DNA of 63,864 nucleotides, filler included, from Caldilineae bacterium (GTDB lineage Bacteria; Chloroflexota; Anaerolineae; DTLA01): NCBI GenBank assembly GCA_037446815.1. It is 5 parts of 5 records of this genome, joined end to end, with 100 filler letters (N's around TTAATTAATTAA, not from the genome) between each part and the next. Parts side by side here need not be neighbours in the genome. Positions count along the whole stretch, not along the records: positions 15,020 to 29,749 come from JBBIHX010000062.1; positions 29,850 to 44,534 come from JBBIHX010000063.1; 3 more parts are not named here. The stretch is one strand, 5' to 3'. The notes beneath the pieces are model-generated. The model was not told the origin of the DNA and did not search any database. It was given only the letters and a program-made list of their open reading frames with translations. Both the position numbers and the translations under genes were made by a program. Shown here piece after piece: positions 20,477-32,006 of the stretch (its first letter is position 1; each line of letters opens with the position of its first letter).

Positions 20477-21757
20477 CTACCCCGCCCTCCGCGCGAGGAG
20501 GACGCGGTCCGCGCTCAGGGCCACCTCTAGCCGCTCGCCGTTCCGCACCACATATGTGGGGATCTGGTGCAGCGCCAGTTCCGCCAGCAGCGGCTCGCTA
20601 TCGGGCGCCTCGCCGAAACTGCTCGGCACCACATGCACCGCAATGGCCCGCAGCCCCCGCCGCTGCAGATGATTCAACACCTGCACCCAGCGCAGGTCCG
20701 TGGACGGGGTTACTACGATGACCGAGGTGCCGCGCGGCAGGCTCATCCCCTCGGCGGCCAGCACCTGGGCCAGCGGCACTTGCCCCCGCGACCGGATGAC
20801 GGCCAGCGTCTCCATGATTTTGGTCAGTTGGCGGTCGCCGCGGTCCGGCTGGATGAACTCGCGGTGGGACGATTGGGCAGCGAGGCCCACGGCGCGGTTG
20901 CGCCCGAGAAAATGCTTCGCCAGCGACGCCGTCGCCGCGACGACGTACTCCTCGGTGCTGGGTTCCAGGACGCGCGGGCCTTCCTTCAGCAACACGGCGG
21001 GCACGGCCCACGCGTCCGCTGCCTCGGCCACCTTGCCCGTGTGCACCCCACTGTGCATGTCGGGGAAGAGCCACACATCGGCCAGGGGGTCCAGTTCAAA
21101 CTCTTTCACGATGAGGCGGCCCGTGCGGGCGGTGGACTTCCAGTGGATGCGGCTGAAACTGTCGCCGGGCTCGTAGTCGCGGACGCCGGCCACGTTGGTC
21201 GTGATGTGGTGCGTCTTGCGGCGCAGGGCGTCGCCGCCGGGGAGTTCGCCGCTTGGCGGGAGAAACGCCGGCAGGTCCACCGCATACGGGTACACCACCA
21301 CCGACGCGGTCGCCTCCACGCGGCGCGTGATGCGGAACAGCCCAAAGGCGTCGCCGCTGGTGAGGTCCACGGGCCCCAGGCGAAATCGCCCGCGCCGATA
21401 GCACATGGTGCGCACGGTCCAGCCCCGCCTGCGCCGCGGCCCCAGCGACGTAACCACGCGGCTGGGGCGGTGGCCGGGCAATTCGGACAGGTCGCGCACC
21501 TCCAGCCAGAGTTTGGGCACCAGGCTGGTGTTGCGGACGGTGAAGCGTTCTTCAATATAGCGGCCCACCTGCGAGCGGTGGGCGGGCGTATGCCGAATGA
21601 ACTCCACCGACCGGGCGCCGCCCCGCGCCCAGGCGTAGGAGACCGCAACCGTGAGCGTAACCACGTAGGCGATTTGGTCGTATAGCGGCTGTGTCGTGGT
21701 GATGGCCACGACGAGGGCCGCCGCCACAACCAGCAGGATGCTCACCGTGCGCTTCAC
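20477..21757 (-). CDS. DUF58 domain protein
   Basis: RRGRF, DAFGLF, GVRDYEPGDSFSRIHWKSTAR, LIVKEFE. Confidence 0.88.
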   Translation of the reverse strand: MKRTVSILLVVAAALVVAITTTQPLYDQIAYVVTLTVAVSYAWARGGARSVEFIRHTPAHRSQVGRYIEERFTVRNTSLVPKLWLEVRDLSELPGHRPSRVVTSLGPRRRRGWTVRTMCYRRGRFRLGPVDLTSGDAFGLFRITRRVEATASVVVYPYAVDLPAFLPPSGELPGGDALRRKTHHITTNVAGVRDYEPGDSFSRIHWKSTARTGRLIVKEFELDPLADVWLFPDMHSGVHTGKVAEAADAWAVPAVLLKEGPRVLEPSTEEYVVAATASLAKHFLGRNRAVGLAAQSSHREFIQPDRGDRQLTKIMETLAVIRSRGQVPLAQVLAAEGMSLPRGTSVIVVTPSTDLRWVQVLNHLQRRGLRAIAVHVVPSSFGEAPDSEPLLAELALHQIPTYVVRNGERLEVALSADRVLLARRAG

Positions 21758-21758
21758 G

Positions 21759-23513
21759 TCAGCCTGCCTTCGGCTCCGAGCGCGTCGCCTTGCGAGCGAG
21801 GCCGCGCAGGAGCACCGCCGCCGCCGCGGGCACGTTCAGTTTGGCCCAGCCCAGCGGCAGTTCCAATTCGCTCTTCTCGCAGACGGTGGAGATGTTGGCG
21901 CTGTCCACCTGGGGCTTGAGCGCGCGCAAAAGTTTGGCCCGCAGCGCCGCGTCGGTCATGCTCATGATGTCGTCTATCTGCGCAATGAGTCGTCGCGCCT
22001 TGTGGATGCGCTTCTCCGTGGCCTCGCCCACGGCGCGCGGGATGATGCCCGCCTCCATCTTCAAGCGGTTCAGGGCGAGGCCCGCCGCGTAGGTGCTATC
22101 CACGATTTCGTCGCGGTTCATCCATCGGGTCTCGTAGTTCAGCACGTACTTCCACGACGGCTGCACCAGCGCCTGGCGGTGCTCCTCCACGGTGCGGCAC
22201 AGCAGGCGGTATCCGTGCGCCTCGGGATTCTCAAACACCTCGCTCCCAGGGTCCAGGAACGGCGCCAGGGGCGAGATGAACGGGATGAGGCGGCGGCTGG
22301 GCCCGTTGTCCACGTCGTGAACCAGATGCCGGCAGTACTCCGCCGTGCCGAGCACGGAATCGTAGGTCTGCTTGGGAAGGCCGATCATGAAGAAGACGTC
22401 CAGCCGCTCGCACCCCGCCTCCAGCGCGTACTCCATGGTCTTCTCCATGGCTGCCGTCGTGTAGGGGCGGCCAAACGCCTGCCGCACCTCGTCGTCGTGC
22501 GACTCCAGCGAGACCTCCAGCGTCCAGTGGGGCAGGCTGCGGCCCACCAACTGCATGAACTCCCGCGACGCCGGCTCAAACAACTCCAGGATGACCGGAT
22601 TGGGGAATCCCTTGACAGCGGATAGAAATGCCTCGGCGTAGTCCATGCCGGGCTGGCGGATGTCGCCCAGGACGAACACGGGGCCCTTGCTGAAGCGGCT
22701 GATGCTGCGAAGGTCCTGGGCCAGGTCGGACGGGGAGCGGTAGGCCGGGCGCTGGCGCTGGTGCAACTGCTCAAAGGCCTGGGCCGACCCGCCGCACGTC
22801 TTGCAGCCGTAGGTACAGCCGCGGCACGTCAGCGCCGCCGTGATGGGGTAATCCAGCCAGTGCCGGAACGGGATGGCGCTGGCCAGGTCGCGGTACCGAG
22901 CCACGCTGCGGATGACGTAGGAGTAATCCAGCAGGACGTGGTCCAGCGTGTCGGGCGAGAAGCCGATGGGGTTGGCGTGCACGCGGCCATCCGGCCCGCG
23001 CCACGTGAGATTGTCCACATCGGCCAAATCCCCGCCGTCGCGCAGGGTCGTCATCAACTGGCGCATAGGCTCCTCGGTGGAATCGCCGCGCACGACGAAG
23101 TCCACCTCCGGGTACTCCGCCAGCAGTTCGCGGTGGAAGTAGGTGCTGGAGAATCCGCCGAAGACGACCGGCGTATCCGGATGGTGTTTCTTGATCAGGC
23201 GCGCCACCTCTATCGCGCCGTGGGCGTGGGGCATCCAGTGCAAATCAATGCCGAACGCCCGCGGGTTGAGCGAGCGGATCATCGCTTCGGGGTCAAAGCG
23301 CCGTTCCCGCAACATGCGCACCGCCAGGTTCACGATGCGCACGCGAAACCCGTGGCGCTCCAGGTACTCGGCGATGGTGGTGAACCCGATGGGATACATC
23401 TCAAAGACGGGCGTGGACGGCACCAGGTCGCTGACCGGCCCGTATAGGATGGATTCCTTGCGGAAGTCGTACACGCTTGGGGCATGCAACAAGACGAGGT
23501 CAAGGCGAGACAT
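21759..23513 (-). CDS. B12-binding radical SAM protein (TIGR04190-like)
   Basis: LLHAPSVYDFR..FEMYPIG N-terminus, DLHWMPH, CTYGCKTC (CxxxCxxC). Confidence 0.85.
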   Translation of the reverse strand: MSRLDLVLLHAPSVYDFRKESILYGPVSDLVPSTPVFEMYPIGFTTIAEYLERHGFRVRIVNLAVRMLRERRFDPEAMIRSLNPRAFGIDLHWMPHAHGAIEVARLIKKHHPDTPVVFGGFSSTYFHRELLAEYPEVDFVVRGDSTEEPMRQLMTTLRDGGDLADVDNLTWRGPDGRVHANPIGFSPDTLDHVLLDYSYVIRSVARYRDLASAIPFRHWLDYPITAALTCRGCTYGCKTCGGSAQAFEQLHQRQRPAYRSPSDLAQDLRSISRFSKGPVFVLGDIRQPGMDYAEAFLSAVKGFPNPVILELFEPASREFMQLVGRSLPHWTLEVSLESHDDEVRQAFGRPYTTAAMEKTMEYALEAGCERLDVFFMIGLPKQTYDSVLGTAEYCRHLVHDVDNGPSRRLIPFISPLAPFLDPGSEVFENPEAHGYRLLCRTVEEHRQALVQPSWKYVLNYETRWMNRDEIVDSTYAAGLALNRLKMEAGIIPRAVGEATEKRIHKARRLIAQIDDIMSMTDAALRAKLLRALKPQVDSANISTVCEKSELELPLGWAKLNVPAAAAVLLRGLARKATRSEPKAG

Positions 23514-23522
23514 GGGCGATGG

Positions 23523-24479
<957 letters not shown>

Positions 24480-24602
24480 GGCAAAGCCCTTTCGTTGGCT
24501 TGGGGCGGAGAAGGCTCGCCCCGTTAGCATTATACCGGAAACATCCGGCGGGACAATTTCATGTACCCAGGATACCCCAGAAGCCCCGCGGCGGTTCAGC
24601 CA

Positions 24603-25607
24603 TCAGCGGCCCCGCGCCACCTTCACGGCGAAGGACTCCAGCGTGTCGTCATAGCGCACCCACACGCGGGCCAGGTCAAACACCGAAGGGGAAGCCTGCA
24701 CCGTTCCCGACCGCAGCGTTACCGCGCCGACGTACCCTTCGCTTCGCAGGATGTCTATCACCTGCCGATTGTAGGTGCCGAATGGATAGGAGAACAGGCG
24801 CGGGCGCTTGCCGGTGTGTTGCTCTATGGCGTCCCCGGCCTTGCGCACCTCCTGCGCCAGTTCCTCCACCGACAGGTGCGTGAGCATGGGGTGGCTGTAA
24901 CTGTGCGACCCCACGTCCATCCCCGCGCGGCTCATCTGCGCCACCTGCGCCCAAGTCATGTAGGCCGGATACTCGTCATCAATGGGTTTCGGGTTGATGA
25001 AAAACGTGGCCGTGAAGCCGTACTTCTGCAACAGCGGGAAGGCGACCACCACGTTATCGCGGTAGCCATCGTCAAAGGTGATGGCGACAGCCTTGGGGGG
25101 CAGGATCGCCTCGCCTTGGAGATAGCGGATGATGTCGTAGACGCTGACCGACTCGTAGCCCTGCTCTTTCAGATAGCGCAACTGCTCCTCAAACCGCGCG
25201 GGCGACACCGCGTAGTCGCGACGGCTGGCGTCCGCATCCTCCGGCAGGTCTGTGATGCGGTGGTACATCAAGATGGGCACAGGCGCGGTCTGGCCGTGGC
25301 CCGACGTTGTGGCCAGCGCGGTCGGGGTTGCCGTCGGCGGGAGCGTCGCCGTTGGCGAAGGCGTCGGCGTGTGCGTTGGCGTCGCCGTCGGCGCGGGCGT
25401 CGCGGTGGGCGTGCAGGTAGGCGTCGGGGTTGGCGCTGCGGTGGCGGGCATTGGCGCCGTGGGTCGCGGGGGCGAAGCAGCGGGCGTGCACGCCGCCGTC
25501 GCCGCCGGCACCAGCGCCGCGATGAGGGCCATGCGGATGAGCCACGCCGCCCGCGTAGCGCCCGCCGAGCGCCCATGACCGTCTGCGTGCGCGCGGGTTA
25601 TTGACAC
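24603..25607 (-). CDS. Polysaccharide deacetylase (CE4) lipoprotein with Pro/Thr linker
   Basis: Lipobox-like TAAC, ILMYH, ITFDDG, HSYSH, FSYPFG; RBS AGGAGG before GTG. Confidence 0.85.
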   Translation of the reverse strand: MSITRAHADGHGRSAGATRAAWLIRMALIAALVPAATAACTPAASPPRPTAPMPATAAPTPTPTCTPTATPAPTATPTHTPTPSPTATLPPTATPTALATTSGHGQTAPVPILMYHRITDLPEDADASRRDYAVSPARFEEQLRYLKEQGYESVSVYDIIRYLQGEAILPPKAVAITFDDGYRDNVVVAFPLLQKYGFTATFFINPKPIDDEYPAYMTWAQVAQMSRAGMDVGSHSYSHPMLTHLSVEELAQEVRKAGDAIEQHTGKRPRLFSYPFGTYNRQVIDILRSEGYVGAVTLRSGTVQASPSVFDLARVWVRYDDTLESFAVKVARGR

Positions 25608-25629
25608 AGCCCCTCCTGTCTGCTATAAT
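25601..25629 (+). promoter_or_regulatory. Consensus sigma70 promoter
   Basis: TTGACA-17-TATAAT. Confidence 0.75.
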
Positions 25630-25673
25630 GTTCGCAATTCCGCAAGGTCTGCGACTCGTTGGGAGGAGACGCC

Positions 25674-26030
25674 ATGACCAAAGCCGACAAGATGATTTGG
25701 GCCATTGCCATCGCGCAGTTCATCCCGACACTGATGTTCCCGCCCGCGGTACTGGGCAGCGCCAAAATCACCGTGCTCATCCTGCCCATCGTGCTGTTTG
25801 CACTGCTGGGCTGGGGTCTCGTGCGCCGCCGCCCGTGGGCCCTCACCATGAGCATCTTCGTGCAGGGGTTCAACGTCATCATTCGCGTGCTCATGCTCCT
25901 GCCCCGCGTGGTTGTGAAAGGAACGCTGGACGTGGGATGGCTCGTCTCCAGCATTCTTGCCATCGCCCTGTCCCTTGTGTTCTTGTTGCTTCTGGAGAAG
26001 CCCGACGTACAGATTGCCATCACGGCCTAG
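25674..26030 (+). CDS. Small four-TM membrane protein
   Basis: Hydrophobic helices, RBS GGAGGAG, own promoter. Confidence 0.75.
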   Translation: MTKADKMIWAIAIAQFIPTLMFPPAVLGSAKITVLILPIVLFALLGWGLVRRRPWALTMSIFVQGFNVIIRVLMLLPRVVVKGTLDVGWLVSSILAIALSLVFLLLLEKPDVQIAITA

Positions 26031-27474
26031 CATCCCCTTCCCTTGCCCGGCTCCATTCCAAGATCCGCTCCCAGCGAGAGCGGATCTTCTGTAATTCATC
26101 AGGGGCATCGGGCACTTCGCCGTAATGCGAGCGCACGTAGGCGTCGGTGATGGCCCGCAGGTCCTCCGCAAGTTCCGGGAATGCCGGCGCCAGCGCCTGG
26201 AAGAATTCGTAGGGCGTCTGGGATTCCTTGCGCGGGTGGCCCATCTCGGCGGCCCACCGCAGGAGGTTCGCGTAAATCCAGCGGATGGACACGGCCGCCC
26301 GAAATCGCTTGCCCAGGCCGAACTCGCCCACCGTCTTCAGCAGGGCCGCCGCCCGATCCAGGCCCGCCCGCAGCGTATTCAGAAGCCCAGGCTCGGATGG
26401 CGCGGCTGTGCGGTCAATCTCACGCTCCTCCTGGCGTCCCGTCGCCGCGGCGGCCCGCACCCTGCGCACCGAGAACGCCACCAGCGCCAAGACGCCTAGG
26501 ATGAACAGGCCCACGACGAAGTACTTGAGCGCGTCCAAGTAGGGCGGGGGTGGCGCGGGCGTCTGGGGCAGGAATCCCGGCGTCGCCTCCGGCACCGGGG
26601 TTGTCGCGGGCACCTCCGCCGGCATCAGCGACCGAAAGAACCGCACGAACCAGTCCAGCAGCGGCTGCAAGAGCCAGAAAAGCGCCTGCGCGATGAGGAG
26701 CGCCGCCGCTTCCAGTATGCGCCACAGCGGGGCCAGCGCGCCCAGCGCGGCGCTGATGTTGCCCACCGTGAGCAGTTGGGCGGCGAGAACCGACAGAAGC
26801 AGCACGGCGGCGATGGCCCCCAGCGTGGACGCGACCCAGAACGGCGTGGATGCCTTCCCGCCGGATTCGGGCTGGAGTTCCAGGTCGTACACGCGGCCCA
26901 CGCCCACGGCGAGAAGGCCGAAGAAGAAGAACACCACGGCGAACCCGAGGATGGGAACCCGCCAGCCCACAAGGGAAGACAGGGCGGCGTTCCACATGAG
27001 GAGCGCAATGCCCGCGCGGAAACTGAACCCGACGCGCTCAAAGGTGTGCTCCCGCGTGCCCAGGGTCAGCCCGCGCCACCACAGGAAGAATGCCACCAGG
27101 AGCAGAATCAAGTCGGCGGGAATCGCCTCCGAGATTCCGGCGAAGCGTTGCCCGACCTGCGCCAGCCACGCCGCAAGGGGGATGCCGCGTGGGTACAGGT
27201 GAACCCGCACCGCCAGCACGCCCGACGCCAGCCCCAAGGCCATGACGACGACGGACACGGCCCTGGGCGCCACGTTCAGGCGATTCATCCCCTTGACCAG
27301 GAGCGCGACCAGCAGCAGGGCCGCGAAGACGCCCAAGCCCAGTTGCACCGCGGGATGGCGCGGCGCGAACGGGCGGATGAGAAACAGTACCCAGGGCGAT
27401 ACCCACGCCGCCTCCATCGCTACCAGCGACGCATCCAAGACGGCCCGCTTCCAGTCCACACCGCGCCCGCTCAC
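26020..27474 (-). CDS. Multi-TM membrane protein with C-terminal DUF4129 domain
   Basis: IRWIY...SQTPYEF...ITDAYVRSHYG; GTGA overlap with upstream DUF58 gene. Confidence 0.8.
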   Translation of the reverse strand: MSGRGVDWKRAVLDASLVAMEAAWVSPWVLFLIRPFAPRHPAVQLGLGVFAALLLVALLVKGMNRLNVAPRAVSVVVMALGLASGVLAVRVHLYPRGIPLAAWLAQVGQRFAGISEAIPADLILLLVAFFLWWRGLTLGTREHTFERVGFSFRAGIALLMWNAALSSLVGWRVPILGFAVVFFFFGLLAVGVGRVYDLELQPESGGKASTPFWVASTLGAIAAVLLLSVLAAQLLTVGNISAALGALAPLWRILEAAALLIAQALFWLLQPLLDWFVRFFRSLMPAEVPATTPVPEATPGFLPQTPAPPPPYLDALKYFVVGLFILGVLALVAFSVRRVRAAAATGRQEEREIDRTAAPSEPGLLNTLRAGLDRAAALLKTVGEFGLGKRFRAAVSIRWIYANLLRWAAEMGHPRKESQTPYEFFQALAPAFPELAEDLRAITDAYVRSHYGEVPDAPDELQKIRSRWERILEWSRAREGDARP

Positions 27475-28706
27475 GGCTGCGCCTCCACTTCGCGCAACTG
27501 CCACAGCGGCACCTCCACCACGGGGCGCAGCGACACCGTGTATGCCGGAATCCCCTGCAGGCGGGTGGTATCCACCGGGGTGTCCACGGCCACGAGGGCC
27601 ACCTTGCGCCCTGCCGCCCGCAGCCCCAGCAGCGACGCCATCAGGCTCTCGGACAGGATGCCCGTGATGACGACCAGCGTCGCGCCCCACGGCAATTTGG
27701 GCGACTCCGTCTCCAACAGGCGCTCTATCCGCGACGTGGAGAAGGCCGTTACCGCCGCTAGCGCCTCCAACATATGCATCAGGTGATCCGGGCTTCGGCT
27801 GGGGAGCACTTTCAGCGGCTGATCCGAGCGGGGCAGGCTGCCGTTCGCCAGCAAGCCCACCATGTGCTTCTGCTCCACGGCGAAGGATGCGATGGACGCC
27901 GCCACGCTGACCACCTGCTCCAGGAGCACGGGATCGCTGCCCTGGAGCGGCTCGGGCAACGTGTTGACGTTCAGGAAGAGGATCCACTGCGGGCTTGTCG
28001 TCGGTTCGTACACCTTCACCTGGAGCCGTTGCTGCCGCGCCGACGCTTTCCAGTGGATGTGCTTCTGCCCGTCGTAGGGCTGGTGATCGCGGACGCCCAC
28101 GGCGCGGCTGGGGTCGGCGAAAAGCGGCTCCTCGGCCTTGGCATTGCCAAACGGATCTTTTGGGGGCAGGCCCAGCGCCTCCAGCGGCAGGACTTGCGGA
28201 TAGATAATCAACGTGTCTTCCCTCTCGTCCACTGCCGACGCGCTAAAGAGTCCGAAAACATCGCTCGCCTGCAACCGCACGGGCCCCAGCGTGTAGAAGC
28301 CGCGCTGCGCGCAGGCCAGGCGGAAGCGCCGCGTTACCCGCTCGTGCCAGCGCAGGGAGTACAGGTTGACCAGATAGCCGACCGTCTCCTTGTGGGAGGG
28401 TGCCAGCGTATCGCCGATGAGGGGGACGGCTACCGGCAGTTCATCCTCGGCCTTCAGCCATGCCACGGGGAGCCGTTTGCCGTTCGTTACCCGAACGGTG
28501 AGCACAATCTCCTCGCCGACGAAGGCGCGGCGCTCGCTCAACTCCCGCCGATAGACGACGCCGCGCAGGACATAGCGGTTCCACAGCCAGGCCACCGCAA
28601 TCACCGTGAGGAGCACGGTGGACATGATGACCAGCGCGTCCTGGCGAAACAGCACGCCCAACAGGCCGAAGACGAGGGCCAGCGCAATCCACGCGTCGTT
28701 GAACAT
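27471..28706 (-). CDS. DUF58 domain protein
   Basis: QRGFY, DVFGLF, GVRDHQPYD...IHWKASAR, VKVYEP. Confidence 0.88.
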   Translation of the reverse strand: MFNDAWIALALVFGLLGVLFRQDALVIMSTVLLTVIAVAWLWNRYVLRGVVYRRELSERRAFVGEEIVLTVRVTNGKRLPVAWLKAEDELPVAVPLIGDTLAPSHKETVGYLVNLYSLRWHERVTRRFRLACAQRGFYTLGPVRLQASDVFGLFSASAVDEREDTLIIYPQVLPLEALGLPPKDPFGNAKAEEPLFADPSRAVGVRDHQPYDGQKHIHWKASARQQRLQVKVYEPTTSPQWILFLNVNTLPEPLQGSDPVLLEQVVSVAASIASFAVEQKHMVGLLANGSLPRSDQPLKVLPSRSPDHLMHMLEALAAVTAFSTSRIERLLETESPKLPWGATLVVITGILSESLMASLLGLRAAGRKVALVAVDTPVDTTRLQGIPAYTVSLRPVVEVPLWQLREVEAQP

Positions 28707-29642
28707 CTACTGCTCCACGGGCACCGGCACCGACTCCACGATCTCGGCCAGAATCTGCTCGGGCCTGCGCCCGCGCAATCGGGTCTGCGAACTGATGATG
28801 ATGCGGTGGCCCAGGACAAAGGGCGCGAGATACTTCACGTCGTCGGGCAGCACAAAGTCGCGCCCGCGGATGGCCGCCAGGGCCTGCGCCATGTGGTAAA
28901 GGGCCAGCGTTCCGCGCGGGCTTGCGCCCAGCATCACGGCCGAATGCTCGCGGGTCGCCCGGACGATGCGAACCACGTACCCGCGCACGGACTCCTCCAC
29001 GCGCACTCGGCGGACGGCATCGCGCAGGGCAACCCAGTCCTCGGCGCGCATCACGGGCTGAAGGCGCTCCAACGGGTCTTCGCGCTCAAATCGCAGGAGA
29101 ATCTCATTCTCCTCTTGCTCCGTCGGATACCCGAGGGCGATTTTGATGAGGAATCTATCCACCTGCGCCTCGGGCAGGGGGAAGGTGCCCTCCAGTTCAA
29201 TGGGGTTCTGCGTGGCGAGGACGAGGAACGGCCGCGGCAGTGGATAGGTAACGCCGTCCACCGTAATCTGTCGCTCCTGCATGGCCTCCAGCAGGGCCGA
29301 CTGGGTGCGCGGCGTGGCGCGGTTGATCTCGTCGGCGAGGAGGATTTGGGACATGACCGGCCCAGGGCGGAACTCAAACTCCTGCTTCTTCTGGTTGAAG
29401 AAGGAGATGCCCGTAACGTCGCTGGGCAGCAGGTCTGGGGTGAACTGCAAGCGGCTGAAGGTGCAGCCTGCGGAGCGGGCCACTGCCTTGGCCAGCGTCG
29501 TCTTGCCGATGCCGGGCACGTCTTCAATCAGCACGTGCCCCTCGCACAGCATGGCCGCCAGGAGCAACTCCACCGTCGCCCGCTTGCCGACGATCACAGT
29601 ATCCACGTTGTCCAGCACGCGGGTCATCGCCTCGTGAATCAT
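28707..29642 (-). CDS. MoxR-family AAA+ ATPase (second paralog)
   Basis: [37 protein letters not shown]. Confidence 0.93.
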   Translation of the reverse strand: MIHEAMTRVLDNVDTVIVGKRATVELLLAAMLCEGHVLIEDVPGIGKTTLAKAVARSAGCTFSRLQFTPDLLPSDVTGISFFNQKKQEFEFRPGPVMSQILLADEINRATPRTQSALLEAMQERQITVDGVTYPLPRPFLVLATQNPIELEGTFPLPEAQVDRFLIKIALGYPTEQEENEILLRFEREDPLERLQPVMRAEDWVALRDAVRRVRVEESVRGYVVRIVRATREHSAVMLGASPRGTLALYHMAQALAAIRGRDFVLPDDVKYLAPFVLGHRIIISSQTRLRGRRPEQILAEIVESVPVPVEQ

Positions 29643-29721
29643 GCCCACCTCCGCACAGGGTCGTATTTGCGCACATGCAGTATACCACCGTCTGGGGCTA
29701 CCGCAAGAAGCGGGGGTTTTC

Positions 29722-29749
29722 GATTCGGTTCCAAAGTCTGTTGGCACCT
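29722..29749. mobile_element. MITE left end truncated at scaffold end
   Basis: gattcggttccaaagtctgttgg. Confidence 0.75.
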
Positions 29750-29849
29750 NNNNNNNNNNNNNNNNNNNNNNNNNNNNNNNNNNNNNNNNNNNNTTAATTA
29801 ATTAANNNNNNNNNNNNNNNNNNNNNNNNNNNNNNNNNNNNNNNNNNNN
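29750..29849. other. Artificial scaffold linker
   Basis: N44-TTAATTAATTAA-N44. Confidence 0.95.
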
Positions 29850-29924
29850 ATGTGCAGCGGCGCCCCACCTATGGTACAATAGCGCGGCTTCGCACAGCCC
29901 CAGCCATCGCACAAGGAGCACACA

Positions 29925-31142
29925 ATGACCCACAACGCAGCCGCTGCGCCATCGCGTCCACAACCCACCGCCCGCCTCATCGCCGTGAGCCTGGGCACCC
30001 GCCTGCTGGTGGACACGGCCAAGCAGATGTTCGGCCCCTTCCTGTCCATCTTCGCCGCCGGCATGGGCATGGACATCGTCGCGCTCGGCAAACTCCTCGG
30101 CGCGCGCAACGCCGTGGGCATCACGGCCCCCATCTTCGGCGCGCTGGCAGACCGCTTCGGCTATCGGCGCATCCTCCAGGCCGAACTCATCATCTCCGGC
30201 GCAGGGATGCTCCTCATCGGCGCGGGGAAGTCGCCGCTGGCGCTCACGCTGGGCATGCTCATCACCGGAGTGGGCACAGCGGCCTTTGTCCCCTCGCTCC
30301 AGGCCTATCTGAGCGCGCGCCTGCCCTACGACCGTCGGGCGCGGGGCCTGGGCATTGTGGAGTACGCCTGGGCGCTGTCCAACCTCGTCGGCCTGTCGGC
30401 GATGGGCTACCTGATTCAAGGGGCAGGCTGGCGCGCGCCGTTCGTCATCCTCGGCGCAGGCATCATCTTGTCTGCGGCCCTGTTCCACACCGCGCCCGAA
30501 GTCGCGCCCGACCGCGGCGATGCGCAGCCCATCCGGGGGCGCGGGCTTGGGCTTCGCGCGTGGGCGCGGCGGGCCGTGGCCATTCGCTCCAACGGCGTGT
30601 CCGCGTGGGCCAGCATCTTCGTGATGGGGCTTCTGGTCCTGGCGGGGATGAACGTCTCCATGGTGTACGGCGCATGGCTCCAGGCAGACTACGGCCTGGA
30701 CGCGGCGGCCCTGGGCGCTACGGCCGTCGTTGTGGGCGCGGCAGACCTGACCGCCAGCGTCCTGGTGAGCGCCGCCGCCGACCGGTGGGGCAAGCGACGG
30801 AGCGTGCTGGGCGGGCTGATCCTGTCCCTCGCTACCTACGCCCTGCTGCCGGTGCTCAACGTCGGATTGGCCCCCGCCCTGGCAGGCATCGCGCTCATGC
30901 GCTTCGCCTTTGAGTTCTCCATCGTCAGCCTGATTGCCCTGCTGAGCGAGCAAGCGCCCGACGATCGCGGCAAGGTGTTGTCCCTGGGCGCGGTGCTGGG
31001 ATTGGCCGGGGCCAGCGTGGCCAGCATCACGGGGCCGTGGGCGCTCACGCGCCTGGGTGTGGCCGGCCTCTCGGGCATCTCCCTGGCCGCAACCGCCGGG
31101 TGCATCGCCATTGTCGCCGCATGGGTGAGGGAGAAAGCGTGA
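29925..31142 (+). CDS. MFS transporter
   Basis: GALADRFGYRR motif A, ADRWGKRR, about 12 TM; RBS AAGGAG. Confidence 0.88.
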   Translation: MTHNAAAAPSRPQPTARLIAVSLGTRLLVDTAKQMFGPFLSIFAAGMGMDIVALGKLLGARNAVGITAPIFGALADRFGYRRILQAELIISGAGMLLIGAGKSPLALTLGMLITGVGTAAFVPSLQAYLSARLPYDRRARGLGIVEYAWALSNLVGLSAMGYLIQGAGWRAPFVILGAGIILSAALFHTAPEVAPDRGDAQPIRGRGLGLRAWARRAVAIRSNGVSAWASIFVMGLLVLAGMNVSMVYGAWLQADYGLDAAALGATAVVVGAADLTASVLVSAAADRWGKRRSVLGGLILSLATYALLPVLNVGLAPALAGIALMRFAFEFSIVSLIALLSEQAPDDRGKVLSLGAVLGLAGASVASITGPWALTRLGVAGLSGISLAATAGCIAIVAAWVREKA

Positions 31143-31150
31143 GGATACTT

Positions 31151-31975
31151 ATGTCAACTCTTGCAACACGACTCTCCTGCAGAGGCACGCACGCGGGCGC
31201 CAGGCGTTGTCGCGCCGCGGTGGCCCTCGTCATCGCCGTCTTCATCCTCCTCCCCGCCTGCCAGCCCGCGCCGGGCCCTACCCCTGCGCCCCCCGCGGCC
31301 ACGCCGGAACGCACGCTCCCATGCCTCCTCCCCACCCCGCCCGCGGGACCGGGTTCCGCCTGTACGCCCGCCCCCCGCGACCGATGGACGCGGGCCACGG
31401 TCATCAGCATCACCGACGGCGACACCATCCGGGTGCGCATCGGCGGCGAGACCCGCAGCCTGCGCTACATCGGCATGGACACGCCCGAACGCAACCAGCC
31501 TGGCTATCAGGCCGCCACCGACGCCAACGCGCGCCTAGTCGCCGGGCAGGTCGTGTACCTGGAACGCGATTGCCGCGACGATGACGGAGAGCGCCTGCTC
31601 CGCTACGTATGGCTGGCCGACGGGCGCATGGTCAACGAGGAACTGGTGCGCATGGGCGTTGCGCTGCCGGTGCGGTACCCGCCGGATACGCGCCACCACC
31701 TGCGCTTGGAGGCTGCGGCGCGGGAAGCGTGGGCAGCCCGACGCGGGTTCTGGGACGGCGGGGCCGACGCCTTCCCCTACGCCATGGTCGTGGTCAACGC
31801 GCTGGCCGTCCACACGGGCCCTGGCGACGCACAGTCCATCAAGGGCTCATTTATGTGCGGCGACGCCCTTGCCGTGTACGGCCGCACCGCCGACGGCGCG
31901 TGGCTTCAGGTGCGCGGGCCAGACCACACCGGCGGCTGGGTGCGCGCCGACGGGGTGCAAACCGCCGCGCCATAA
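31151..31975 (+). CDS. Thermonuclease (SNase) family lipoprotein with C-terminal SH3-like domain
   Basis: LPAC lipobox, ITDGDTI, RYIGMDTPE, RLLRYV, NEELVRMG; tail VYGRT..G.WLQV...GWV. Confidence 0.8.
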   Translation: MSTLATRLSCRGTHAGARRCRAAVALVIAVFILLPACQPAPGPTPAPPAATPERTLPCLLPTPPAGPGSACTPAPRDRWTRATVISITDGDTIRVRIGGETRSLRYIGMDTPERNQPGYQAATDANARLVAGQVVYLERDCRDDDGERLLRYVWLADGRMVNEELVRMGVALPVRYPPDTRHHLRLEAAAREAWAARRGFWDGGADAFPYAMVVVNALAVHTGPGDAQSIKGSFMCGDALAVYGRTADGAWLQVRGPDHTGGWVRADGVQTAAP

Positions 31976-32006
31976 TCCGCCACCACAACAACGGCCTCGC
32001 CGCAGA

